DNA from: Desulfobulbaceae bacterium
GTDB lineage: Bacteria; Desulfobacterota; Desulfobulbia; Desulfobulbales; Desulfurivibrionaceae
Length of the DNA stretch: 64,000 bases
Direction of reading: 5' to 3'
NCBI GenBank assembly: GCA_004332195.1
Contig: SJBG01000005.1
Location: forward strand, 37,563-101,562
Below the pieces are notes generated by a model. It was not told the DNA's origin. It saw only the letters and a program-made list of their open reading frames with translations, and made no database searches. Position 1 is the first letter of the stretch. Each line of letters starts with the position of its first letter. Both the position numbers and the translations under genes were made by a program. Below, piece by piece: positions 39,634 through 49,331 of this stretch.

Positions 39634-39825
39634 TTCTACCCACTTTTACCGGTTAACGCAAGGTTCAAGCCCCAACCTGTTGAGCAAGCAGACAAACTCC
39701 CGGTCAAAACCATCGGTCGTCAATTCGTCAAGCCATCTGGCCAACAGATACTCGGGCCATTATAGGGCCAGCAGTGATTCTTAAGAGCGCCGCAACTCAC
39801 CCTCATCTCAATTCAGGAGAAGAAC

Positions 39826-41598
39826 ATGTCCGAAAAAATTATCTCTGATCTACGGGAATATATTGCCGTCCTGCGTCGAGAACAAGAGATCATCACCATC
39901 GAGGAACCAGTGGATCCCCATCTGGAAATTGCCGAGATCCATCGTCGAGTCATTGCTCGAGGCGGTCCGGCCCTATTGTTTAACCAGGTTAAGGGCAGTG
40001 ATTTTCCAGTGGTCACCAACCTCTTCGGGACCTCACGCCGGATGGAGCTGGCTTTCGGCCGCCGCCCGCTGCGCTTCGTGGCCGAGCTGGTGGAAACAGC
40101 AGAAACCATGCTGCCCCCCAGTCTGGGCAAGCTCTGGGATCGGCGCGGTCTTTTGCGTCAGGCCGCCGCCATCGGGATGAAAAATGTCCGCCAGGCTCCG
40201 ATTCTTGAAAACCGGCAAATCCCGCCCCGGTTCGACGATCTGCCCCTGCTGACTTCTTGGCACAGCGACGGTGGCCCCTTTGTCACCCTGCCTCTGATTT
40301 ACACTGAAGACCCGCTGGGTCGAGGACACAACCTGGGAATGTACCGGGTCCAGCGCTTCGACAACACCACCGGCGGGATTCACTGGCAAATTCACAAAGG
40401 GGGGGGCTACCACTATCACGAGGCGGAAAAGCGCAATGAAAGCCTGCCCTTGACCATGTACATCGGCGGCCCCCCCGCCCTGATGATGGCAGCCATTGCC
40501 CCCCTGCCGGAAAACATCCCCGAACTGTTGCTGGCCTCACTGCTGATGGGGAAAAAGTTGCCAATGATTAAAGACCCTATGGGGGGCCATTCTTTGATCG
40601 CCAACGTTGAGTTTGCCGCCAAGGGGGTTGTTCCTCCTCACCTGCGCCGACCGGAAGGCCCTTTTGGTGACCACTACGGTTATAATTCCCTAACTCACGA
40701 TTATCCGGTTTTCCAGGTCCAACGACTTTATCACCGCCAGGGAGCTATCTATCCCGCCACCGTGGTGGGTCGCCCCCGCCAGGAGGACTTTTTCATTGGC
40801 GATTTCTTGCAGGAACTACTCTCTCCCCTCTTCCCTCTGGTGATGAGTGGTGTGCGCCAACTTAAAACCTTTGGTGAGGCGGGGTTTCATTGCCTGGCGG
40901 CGGCCAAAGTCAGCGACCGCTATCCTCGCGAGGCCTTTGCCTCGGGTCTGCGTATTTTGGGCGAGGGCCAGTTATCCTTGACCAAATTTCTGATCGTCAC
41001 CGACGGTGATCTTGACGTCGCCGATTTCCCCGCCCTCTGGCGGCATGTTTTGGCAAGGATTAATTGGCAAACTGATTTTTTTGTCTTTGCCAACACCTCT
41101 CAGGACACCTTGGATTACACCGGGCCTTCAGTTAATTCCGGCTCCAAGGCAATACTCATGGGGTTAGGTCGATCGACCAAAAGGGCGCTGCCCGAAGAAT
41201 TCCGGGGGGACCCACCTAAAGGCTGTCCCAAGCTTCGGGCTTATCTTCCCGGGACTTTGGTGGTTCAGGGCGCCTCCTATGTCGCTGATCGAGACCTGCC
41301 TGGCCGCTTGGCCGTCGACCCGGCAGTGGCCGACTGGCCGGCAGTGGTTCTGGTAGACGACGTGGACTCCGCCTGTGAAAATATCCAGGAATTCATCTGG
41401 ACTTTTTTCACCCGTTTTGAACCGGCCGCCGATATCCACGCCGCCGGCAGCTCTGTCTGCCGTTTTCACCTGGGTCTTACGCCCCCGGTGGTTTTCGATT
41501 GCCGAATGAAACCCTGGTACCCGCCGATTCTGGAAGTTGACGAGCCCACTAAAAAACTGGTGGATGAAAAAATTGGGCGCATTATTCCCGGTTGGTAA
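39826..41598 (+). CDS. ubiD: UbiD family prFMN-dependent decarboxylase (probably menaquinone pathway)
   Basis: ALLFNQV, VVTNLFG, DGGPFVT, HNLGMYRVQ, EGPFGDHYGY, VVGRPRQED. Pathway assignment is inferred. Confidence 0.92.
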   Translation: MSEKIISDLREYIAVLRREQEIITIEEPVDPHLEIAEIHRRVIARGGPALLFNQVKGSDFPVVTNLFGTSRRMELAFGRRPLRFVAELVETAETMLPPSLGKLWDRRGLLRQAAAIGMKNVRQAPILENRQIPPRFDDLPLLTSWHSDGGPFVTLPLIYTEDPLGRGHNLGMYRVQRFDNTTGGIHWQIHKGGGYHYHEAEKRNESLPLTMYIGGPPALMMAAIAPLPENIPELLLASLLMGKKLPMIKDPMGGHSLIANVEFAAKGVVPPHLRRPEGPFGDHYGYNSLTHDYPVFQVQRLYHRQGAIYPATVVGRPRQEDFFIGDFLQELLSPLFPLVMSGVRQLKTFGEAGFHCLAAAKVSDRYPREAFASGLRILGEGQLSLTKFLIVTDGDLDVADFPALWRHVLARINWQTDFFVFANTSQDTLDYTGPSVNSGSKAILMGLGRSTKRALPEEFRGDPPKGCPKLRAYLPGTLVVQGASYVADRDLPGRLAVDPAVADWPAVVLVDDVDSACENIQEFIWTFFTRFEPAADIHAAGSSVCRFHLGLTPPVVFDCRMKPWYPPILEVDEPTKKLVDEKIGRIIPGW

Positions 41599-41618
41599 CA
41601 ATTACGGAAATGACAAAA

Positions 41619-41759
41619 GGCCACCTTGAAAAATTAGCTATTTTGTTCGAGATCAAGGCATGCGAAAAAAAATACCGCAGGTATATGATTGATATTTCGA
41701 GGATAATTTTTTGAGCATAACGCAGAAATCGGGCGAAAGAGCAATTTTTCAAGGTGGCC
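41619..41759 (+). mobile_element. MITE copy 3 (141 bp, TSD AAAA)
   Basis: AAAA-GGCCACCTTGAAAAATT...AATTTTTCAAGGTGGCC-AAAA. Confidence 0.92.
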
Positions 41760-41897
41760 AAAAGAAATTAAAAACATGGAACAGACACCGGCAGACCTGA
41801 AGACCCGCCGTCGGGAGCCAATCCCGATCATTTCGCGGTGTGGCATTTCGCGAAGTTTGGCAATCAGGTATTCAAGTTTTTCGTCCGACAAAAGCAT

Positions 41898-42662
41898 ATG
41901 AAAAACACTCAACCACTACAGCTCAACTGTCGGCAGAACTCGCAAGACCTGATTGCCGACATCCGCGGCTTGGTTCTGCTGCACCAGGAACTGGGGATCG
42001 ACGGTTATCCGGCAACTGCCGGGCTACTCCGTTTTCTCAAGCCATCTCGAGCCGCGATCTCACATGACATAACCAACACCCTGGCCGACGTCGAAGATCA
42101 GATCAAAGATTGTCGCCGTTGCTCCCGACACCTTGATCGGCAGCGTATTATCTTCGGCCAGGGTAATCCCCACCCCCACCTCCTGTTGATCGGTCAGGCG
42201 CCAGGCCCCGAGGAAGAACGTCGGGGCCTGCCCTACCAGGGCGAGGCCGGAGTTCTGCTTGACCGGATGCTAACGGCAATCAAATTAAGCCGCGAACAGA
42301 TTTACCTGACTACCTTGGTCAAGTGCGCCCGACCAAGCCAGCCGGTGGTCGATGGGCCAGAGGGGTCGATGGCTCCCACTACTGATGAAGTCCGGGAGTG
42401 CCTACCCTTCCTCCACCAGCAGATCACCACCCTTAAGCCAGCCCTGATTTGCACCATGGGTCCACTCCCGGCCCAAACCTTGCTCCGCCGCCGACAAAGT
42501 TTGATCCGACTGCGCGGCAAATTCCACGACTTTCAGGGTGTTCCCTTAATGCCAACCTTTTCTCCAGACTATCTTCTAGTCAACCAAGAAATGAAGAACG
42601 CTGCCTGGCAAGACCTGCAAATGATCCAAAAGAAGCTACAAATTTTGCTGAAAGACAAGTAA
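41898..42662 (+). CDS. udg: Family 4 uracil-DNA glycosylase-like protein (divergent motifs)
   Basis: CRRC.....R..IFGQG, GQAPG.EE...G.P..G.AG.LL..ML, VKC, ECLPFL, ICTMG, TFSP..LL. Confidence 0.85.
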   Translation: MKNTQPLQLNCRQNSQDLIADIRGLVLLHQELGIDGYPATAGLLRFLKPSRAAISHDITNTLADVEDQIKDCRRCSRHLDRQRIIFGQGNPHPHLLLIGQAPGPEEERRGLPYQGEAGVLLDRMLTAIKLSREQIYLTTLVKCARPSQPVVDGPEGSMAPTTDEVRECLPFLHQQITTLKPALICTMGPLPAQTLLRRRQSLIRLRGKFHDFQGVPLMPTFSPDYLLVNQEMKNAAWQDLQMIQKKLQILLKDK

Positions 42663-42704
42663 GCCACCGGAGAAACGCTGTTCAGCCGAGCTAGACGTGG
42701 GTTC

Positions 42705-43265
42705 TTATTTCACCCGAATTACATACTGACCAGTGCGGGTGTCAATCTGCAATCTATCACCCTCGTTAACAAATGGCGGCACCTGTAATTCATAACCGGT
42801 TTCCACCACCACCGGTTTGGTGTCGCTACCGCTGGTATCACCCTTGACCCAAGGATCGGCCCGAGTTGCCGTTAATACCACAAAGTTTGGCAAGGTCACC
42901 CCAATAGGCCGCTCATCGTAGAACAAAACGCCGACCTCCATGTTGTCGACCATAAAGTTGACATCATCTCCCAGCAGTTCCTTGCGGATTACGATCTGCT
43001 CAAAAGTTTGATTATCCATAAAATTGTATTCATCAACCTGGGCATAGAGAAACTGCATGGCCCGTTCGGACACCGGGGCCGGCTCAAACTTATCGCTGGA
43101 ACGAAAGGTACGATCAAAAGAGCTGCCGCTGATCATGTTGCGCAAACGACAGCGATAAAGTGACTGACCTTTGCCCGGCTTGGAAAACTCAAAATTAGTA
43201 ACGATATAAGGGTCGCCTTCAAGTTTGATCTTAAGCCCTTTGCGCAGATCGGAAGCGGTGTACAT
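42705..43265 (-). CDS. efp: Elongation factor P
   Basis: SDLRKGLKI, KPGKG, ADPWVKGDT-like segment, ETGYELQVPPFV, IDTRTGQY. Confidence 0.97.
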   Translation of the reverse strand: MYTASDLRKGLKIKLEGDPYIVTNFEFSKPGKGQSLYRCRLRNMISGSSFDRTFRSSDKFEPAPVSERAMQFLYAQVDEYNFMDNQTFEQIVIRKELLGDDVNFMVDNMEVGVLFYDERPIGVTLPNFVVLTATRADPWVKGDTSGSDTKPVVVETGYELQVPPFVNEGDRLQIDTRTGQYVIRVK

Positions 43266-43295
43266 CTTCTTGTTTCTCCTTTGTTGTTTGTTCTG

Positions 43296-46200
43296 TTAAC
43301 CGAGACTTTTACTGACCACCTCGTAAAGATCACGGGAAAGGTCGGGAGCAGCGGCGATTTTGGTCAACTCCCGCCGCATCAACTGCTGACGTATTTGATC
43401 ATAACGCCGCCAACGGCTTAGGGACGTCGCCAGACGGGTGGCGATTTGCGGGTTGCCGGGGTCTAAAGCCAGAATCTGTTCAGCCAAAAAACGGTAACCT
43501 TTTCCGTCAACCCGGTGAAAGCCCGTGGGGTTGGCTCCGGCAAATGAACCGATCAAGGCCCGGACCCGGTTGGGGTTGCTGATCTTAAAAGCCGGGTGAT
43601 TCATCAGATTACGAACTTTATCCAAGGTTTCCGGGCCGGGAACGGTGGCTTGAACCGTGAACCATTTATCCATAACCAGGGGATCAGCGCCCCAACGGGT
43701 GGCAAAGCTGGTCAAAACCTTGACGGCCAAGACCGCAGCCCGAGTAGAGGCTTGAGCGCCGTGGACCAGGCCTTTCAGGGCGGCCATGGTGTCGGTCATG
43801 GTGGTGGCCTCGGCAAACTGGGCATGGGCAAGCTCCAAAATCTCGTCTTCCGCCAAGGCTAAAAGAAAAGACAGCGCCAGATTTTGCCAACGGCGACACC
43901 CGGCCCGGTGAGGATCGTAGTCCGCAGTCGCGGTGGGGGACTCGGATGCTGCCGCCAACCGGGCCTCGCCATAAACGACTTGCCATTCCCGCCGTAAAGC
44001 CTCAGCCAAGCCATGACGAACGAATTCCCGAACGGCATGGATCGCCTCGACATCAATCAGCGCTTCCGGCTGTGCTTCTGGTCCGGTCTTTGTTGCTTGC
44101 CCGTCCTCCGCCCCTTGTTTGGCCTTGGTTGGTTGCTTAACCATTTGCTCGGCCAGATAGTCCTCCGTGGGCAGGGCCAGCAACAAAGCCGACAACGACT
44201 TGTCCCGCTGCCGGGACGCAGCCGTCAACAGTTGTCGGTATGATTCGACAAAATCCCCGGGCAGAGCCAACTTTTCTCCCGCCCGCCATTTGGCGATCAA
44301 CGCCAGCAGCAGGCTGCCGCTTAAACGCTGGCTGGCCTCCCAGCGGCAGAAAGGGTCGGCGTCGTGGGCCAGCAGCAGGCGCAATTGCTGCTGGTTGTAA
44401 GCGTACTCAAGGTGTACCGGGGCAGAAAAGCCGCGCAACAACGAAGGAACGGGGCGCGCGCTCAACCCCTCAAAGATAAACTCCGCGCTTTTATCCTTCA
44501 GCTCCAACAGGCCCGCAGCCAGCTCTCGGCCATCGGGGGCCAGCAGGCCCACAACCAGCGGAATATGCAACAATGGTGGTGATTGGTCCGACTGGGGCTT
44601 CTCGGCCTGAGGCCGCTGCTCCTCCGGTTGAGCCAAAATCGCCGTTTGAGTTGCCGGGGGATGGATCCCGGTCGCCACCTGAGCTACCAGAGGATAGGAT
44701 AAGGTCGGACAATCCTGCTCGGCGCGCAAGACATAGCGACCACTTACCGGATCATACTCATCGCTGACCCTGACCCAGGGGGTACCCGCCAAGGTGTACC
44801 AACGTTGAAAGTGCCTTAAGTCCCGCGCTCCGGCCTCGGCCATGGCGGCCAAAAAATCCTCGATGGTGGCCGCCCCACCGTCATGACGTTTAAGATATAA
44901 GCGCAAACCCCGGCGAAATTTTTCCTTACCCAGCAAGGTGTGCAGCATGCGGACCAACTCGCTCCCCTTTTCGTAAACGGTCAAGGTGTAAAAATTGTTG
45001 ATCTCAAGATAGGATTCCGGGCGAACCGGATGGGCCAGGGGCCCGGCATCCTCGGCAAACTGCTGTTCCCGCAACCGCCGCACATCATTGATCCGCTTGA
45101 CCCCAGACGAGCCCATGTCCTGACTGAAAATCTGATCACGAAAGACCGTCAAGCCCTCCTTTAAGCTCAACTGGAACCAGTCTCTACAGGTAACTCGATT
45201 GCCGGTCCAGTTGTGAAAATATTCGTGAGCGATCACCGCCTCGATCCGTTCAAAATCATCATCGGTAGCGCTTTCCGGCCGGGCCAGGACGTAGCGGGAG
45301 TTGAAGATGTTGAGCCCCTTATTTTCCATCGCCCCCATGTTGAAATCATCGACGGCCACGATCAGGTAATGGTCGAGATCATATTCCAGACCGAAGGTTT
45401 CCTCGTCCCAGCGCATGGCCTTTTGCAGGGCCGTCATGGCATGGCGGCACTTATCCCGGTTGTGGGCCTCGACATAAATGGTCAGAGCAACCTCCAGACC
45501 GGAACCGGTGACGAAACGATCATGAACTCCCACCAAATCCCCAGCCACCATGGCAAAAAGATAGGATGACTTGGGAAAAGGGTCCCTGAAGGTGGCCCAG
45601 TGACGACCGCCGGTCAATGTCCCCCGACCGACAGGGTTGCCTCCGGCCAGCAGCACCGGACAGCGTTGCCGGTCAGCGCTGATCGTCACGGTAAAGGGCG
45701 CGGAAACATCGGGCCGGTCGGGATACCAGGAGATCTTGCGAAAACCCTCGGGTTCGCACTGGGTGCAGAACATCGCGCCGGAACAATAAAGCCCCTCCAG
45801 CGTGGTGTTGGCGGCGGGGAAAATTCTACTCACCATCTCCAGAGTACAATTGTCCGGCGGATTTAAAATTATTAACTGACAACGCCCATGGGTGGCGGGA
45901 TGCTCGGTCTCATCCGGGGCTGCTCGGCCTGATTCAGCGGACGGCCCGGACTTGGCTGCGAATTTTTGACCCGGTTCAGCGGGATGCCCGGCCTCGCTCG
46001 CGATTGCTCGGTTCGGTTCGATTGCCGGCTCCAGGCCTTGGTCAGCCGCCGGCATCCACCAGTCGCTGACTATCCGATAAGCCTCGGGGCGCAGTTCCAC
46101 TCCGTCAAGACGCAACTCCAGCAGTTCAAGCCCTTCACCATCCAGAATCAAGGCATTGGCCAAAATCAATGGACTGATTAAGTTCAGTGGGTTGGCCACA

Positions 46201-46469
46201 GTCGATGAACCGGCTAAAGTCAGGGGATCAACCAAGCTCAAACCGCCAACAGGTTGCCTCGCCGGGGCCCGGCATGCCCCAGAGCCGTTTGTTGGGCCAC
46301 CGCGAGCCTGATCAAATACCGGATTACGCCGCAACCGCAGCCGAGATTGTACCAGAGCATGGTCATCGTAAAGATCAATCCGCAGCTCGACTTCATTCAC
46401 CAGAAAAAGCGGGGGCCGGTACTCGGCAAGCAGCACTGGTCGGGGGGCCTTATTGTCGCTCGTCACCAT
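43296..46469 (-). CDS. pepN: Aminopeptidase N (M1) with several low-complexity insertions
   Basis: TQCEPEGFR, GAMENKGLNIFN, HEYFHNW...LKEG (HEXXH-X18-E), YEKG, WGADPLVMDKWF, NPNRVRAL. RBS GAGGAG before MVTSD (46469). Confidence 0.97.
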   Translation of the reverse strand: MVTSDNKAPRPVLLAEYRPPLFLVNEVELRIDLYDDHALVQSRLRLRRNPVFDQARGGPTNGSGACRAPARQPVGGLSLVDPLTLAGSSTVANPLNLISPLILANALILDGEGLELLELRLDGVELRPEAYRIVSDWWMPAADQGLEPAIEPNRAIASEAGHPAEPGQKFAAKSGPSAESGRAAPDETEHPATHGRCQLIILNPPDNCTLEMVSRIFPAANTTLEGLYCSGAMFCTQCEPEGFRKISWYPDRPDVSAPFTVTISADRQRCPVLLAGGNPVGRGTLTGGRHWATFRDPFPKSSYLFAMVAGDLVGVHDRFVTGSGLEVALTIYVEAHNRDKCRHAMTALQKAMRWDEETFGLEYDLDHYLIVAVDDFNMGAMENKGLNIFNSRYVLARPESATDDDFERIEAVIAHEYFHNWTGNRVTCRDWFQLSLKEGLTVFRDQIFSQDMGSSGVKRINDVRRLREQQFAEDAGPLAHPVRPESYLEINNFYTLTVYEKGSELVRMLHTLLGKEKFRRGLRLYLKRHDGGAATIEDFLAAMAEAGARDLRHFQRWYTLAGTPWVRVSDEYDPVSGRYVLRAEQDCPTLSYPLVAQVATGIHPPATQTAILAQPEEQRPQAEKPQSDQSPPLLHIPLVVGLLAPDGRELAAGLLELKDKSAEFIFEGLSARPVPSLLRGFSAPVHLEYAYNQQQLRLLLAHDADPFCRWEASQRLSGSLLLALIAKWRAGEKLALPGDFVESYRQLLTAASRQRDKSLSALLLALPTEDYLAEQMVKQPTKAKQGAEDGQATKTGPEAQPEALIDVEAIHAVREFVRHGLAEALRREWQVVYGEARLAAASESPTATADYDPHRAGCRRWQNLALSFLLALAEDEILELAHAQFAEATTMTDTMAALKGLVHGAQASTRAAVLAVKVLTSFATRWGADPLVMDKWFTVQATVPGPETLDKVRNLMNHPAFKISNPNRVRALIGSFAGANPTGFHRVDGKGYRFLAEQILALDPGNPQIATRLATSLSRWRRYDQIRQQLMRRELTKIAAAPDLSRDLYEVVSKSLG

Positions 46470-46562
46470 CAGCTCCTCGTAAAAGTTCACCAGCACCCCA
46501 CCTGCGCCCATTTTCGCTAAATTTAATAGCCCTAGTGAACTATTACCCTCGCGTCAGCGTCT

Positions 46563-47501
46563 TTAGCCGGTCATATCAGGGTTGCGCCGCTCAATCAGGT
46601 AGTTGCTTCCTTCCAGCTTTTTAGCATAGTGTTTAAGTTGAGTAGCGGCAACGGCAACCTCACCGGAATGACGATACCGACCATCACCGGTGATGACCAC
46701 GGCGATGGAGATACTGAGCAAAGGGAAACGAGTCTCATTGTTCAGGCGGTCTTTACCGATGAACTCCCCGGCAGCGACATCCTCGGCGCTCAGGAAAAGA
46801 TTGCGGACCACCTTGAAGTTGTCGAGGATTTTTTGGCAAACCTCTTCGGCCAGCTCCCGACTCACAATAAAAACAAAGTCATCGCCCCCGACATGTCCGA
46901 CAAAACTGCCGTCCCGAGCTTTCTCTTCGACCACATTGACGATGATCCGGGCCACCATCAGAATCACCTCATCACCCCGAACAAAACCGTAACGGTCATT
47001 GTAAGGTTTGAAGTTGTCAATATCGACGTAACAGACAGCGCGCTGCTCATCGACGGCCAACGCCCTGCGGATGGCCCGTATAATCGAAGTGTTGCCGGGC
47101 AGGCGACTCAAGGGGTTGTTATCAAAAGTCCGACTCATCCGAGCCTCAGCCAATTGCAGATGGGCCAACAAGACCATCGGCTGCAGGGGCTTGAGGATAA
47201 AGTCGTCCACCGGGTATTTATGCCAGTCGAATTCCAACTCCAGGTCTTGTGCATTAAGAGCCAACAAAATATCAATACTAGCCAGCTGCCGACAGCAGGA
47301 TACCGCCTGAATCAGACGAAGATCACCGTCGCCGATCAAGTTTTTCTCAAGCAAAAGCAACTCCGATGGATCCTCAAGGACCATAGTCACGGCACCCGAC
47401 AAATCATCACAGATTTGCAGTTGATACCCCTTGGATTCCAGCAGCACTCGACTCTGAACGGGTAGAAAATCAGATGAACCGAACACCAGCAGGCGCGCCA
47501 T
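46563..47501 (-). CDS. Receiver-like domain + GGDEF diguanylate cyclase
   Basis: DDFILKP receiver lysine, NPLSRLPGN, DIDNFKPYNDRYG, GGDDF. The phospho-acceptor position reads E (LLLLEK). Confidence 0.88.
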   Translation of the reverse strand: MARLLVFGSSDFLPVQSRVLLESKGYQLQICDDLSGAVTMVLEDPSELLLLEKNLIGDGDLRLIQAVSCCRQLASIDILLALNAQDLELEFDWHKYPVDDFILKPLQPMVLLAHLQLAEARMSRTFDNNPLSRLPGNTSIIRAIRRALAVDEQRAVCYVDIDNFKPYNDRYGFVRGDEVILMVARIIVNVVEEKARDGSFVGHVGGDDFVFIVSRELAEEVCQKILDNFKVVRNLFLSAEDVAAGEFIGKDRLNNETRFPLLSISIAVVITGDGRYRHSGEVAVAATQLKHYAKKLEGSNYLIERRNPDMTG

Positions 47502-47504
47502 ACG

Positions 47505-48413
47505 CTATCCCCGGCCCGGGGAAGTGGACCCTACGCCGCCAGCTTCCATCTTGATTTCCAGGCTAAACCCTTTGACATCCCAGAGCTTTTCTTCAACATT
47601 CTCCAGTATTTTATCAAGATCCGTCGGCCTGAGTCGCAACAGCTCCCAGGCTTTGGACTGCAAGGTTGGAACCCAGATATCGCGCCCATGGCCATAGCCC
47701 AAACCGCGAATTATGATGTCGGCAAAATGGACGATGGCTGCGGCCATCGGCTCGGAGGAGGCCCCCGCCGGATTATGATGCCAGGCGATGGGTTCCACCA
47801 GCTTAACCGGCAAATTCCAACTCTTGGCCAGCCAGCCACCGACCTCGGCATGATCCAAACCCAACAGTTCATGTTCGGCGGTAAATCGACTGATTCCTCG
47901 GGATCCGACCAGAGCGGTGATAGTCTCGCTCTCTTTTGGTAACTCCATCTTGATCGCCACCTTGCCCAGGTCATGAATCAACCCGGCAGTGCTGACCTCC
48001 TCGGGGTCACTAATTTCCAAATGTTTGGCCAGCACACTGCAAACCACCGCGCAGCCCAACGAGTGTTCCCAAAGCTCCACGTCCTGATCCTCCATCAATT
48101 CGAAAATCGAGGCACTGATAATCAAGATCTTGATAACATTAAAGCCCAAAAGAATGATGGCGCTACTCAACGAACTGATCCGCTGAGGGAAACCGTAAAA
48201 AGCGGAGTTGGCTAATTTGAGCAGCTTGGCCGCCAGAATATGATCCTTGCTGATAAGCTTGCCCATCTGATCGGTGGTGATATCGGGATCATCAACCATC
48301 TTGGTGAGCTTGCTGATAATGCCCGGAAGGGTGGGTAGATTCTTGACTTCACGCAAGGCTTCGCGGATCGCGGCGCGGCGCTGCTCTCGCTCGGGACTTA
48401 GGGGCTGACTCAT
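47505..48413 (-). CDS. HDOD domain protein
   Basis: LPTLP, DHILAAKLLKLANSAFYG, WEHS, AGLIHDLGK, HAEVGGWLAKSWNLP. Confidence 0.93.
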   Translation of the reverse strand: MSQPLSPEREQRRAAIREALREVKNLPTLPGIISKLTKMVDDPDITTDQMGKLISKDHILAAKLLKLANSAFYGFPQRISSLSSAIILLGFNVIKILIISASIFELMEDQDVELWEHSLGCAVVCSVLAKHLEISDPEEVSTAGLIHDLGKVAIKMELPKESETITALVGSRGISRFTAEHELLGLDHAEVGGWLAKSWNLPVKLVEPIAWHHNPAGASSEPMAAAIVHFADIIIRGLGYGHGRDIWVPTLQSKAWELLRLRPTDLDKILENVEEKLWDVKGFSLEIKMEAGGVGSTSPGRG

Positions 48414-48751
48414 GTCGCCTCTCCCCGGTCGGATGATGGCGGGGTCGTTTGGCGAGCAGCCGCCAGCCTTTTCTGAATGCGCTTCTTTAAGTGCATCAAT
48501 GGCTTGATGTGACGCACCGAGCCAAAACGTTCTTCGACCGCCAACAACTCATCCTTAAGGCTTTTCGCCCCTTTTTCCGCGACGGGATAGTCTTCCACCG
48601 TGACATGGGTTATATCCATCCGCTTGAAACGCTCGATAATGCTTGCGGAAAGTGCTGTGGCTTTGCCGCAGAGTACCCGGTTATCGGTAGTCATCACGTC
48701 CTTAGCCAGAATCATGCCCTCGGTCGCTTGAGCTATTGAAATCTGTTGCAC
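48410..48751 (-). CDS. Hypothetical protein resembling the N-terminal accessory domain of HD-GYP proteins
   Basis: GMILAKDV...RVLCGKATALS..IIERFKRMDI..V.V; RBS AGGAG before GTG; coupled to the HDOD gene. Confidence 0.65.
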   Translation of the reverse strand: MQQISIAQATEGMILAKDVMTTDNRVLCGKATALSASIIERFKRMDITHVTVEDYPVAEKGAKSLKDELLAVEERFGSVRHIKPLMHLKKRIQKRLAAARQTTPPSSDRGEAT

Positions 48752-49024
48752 TTTTTTCTCCTGTAAACTGTGATTCCACCAGTTTCGCTCGAAGGGCAAC
48801 CACGGAAATTACAACCCGTGCGATTGACAGATTGCCCTACCGACATTATGTTACAGTCTGCGACCGGCGTAAACGCAACCCTGGGAACGCTGCAATCGTA
48901 CGACAGATGTTAGCCAAAAGCAATCTTGCTTATTAATCTCTGTATTTGGTTCCGCTCATTCTGCCCAAGGAGTGCTCAGGCTGCAATAAAGACAAAAAAA
49001 CAATTGATTTAAGGAGTTGTCACC

Positions 49025-49318
49025 ATGCCTATTTACGAATACAAATGTCAATCTTGTCAAAAAATCACCGAAGCCCGACAAAGCATCGTCGATACCCCGC
49101 TGGCCACCTGTTCTCATTGTCAAGGGAGGCTGAATAAAGTCATCTCCCAGACCTCCTTCCAACTCAAGGGCGGCGGTTGGTACTCCGACGGCTACTGCGG
49201 CGCCAACGGCGGCCAAAGTTGCGCCGCCAAATGCCCGGCTGCCGCGGCCACCCCGCAAGCCTCGGCGGCCGCGGCCGCGCCATCTTGCGCCGACAATAAA
49301 ACCGCCTGTGGCGGTTGA
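49025..49318 (+). CDS. FmdB family zinc-ribbon protein
   Basis: MPIYEYKCQSC...CSHCQG.L.K.IS...FQLKGGGWY. Confidence 0.92.
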   Translation: MPIYEYKCQSCQKITEARQSIVDTPLATCSHCQGRLNKVISQTSFQLKGGGWYSDGYCGANGGQSCAAKCPAAAATPQASAAAAAPSCADNKTACGG

Positions 49319-49331
49319 GTAACCCGTTTTC

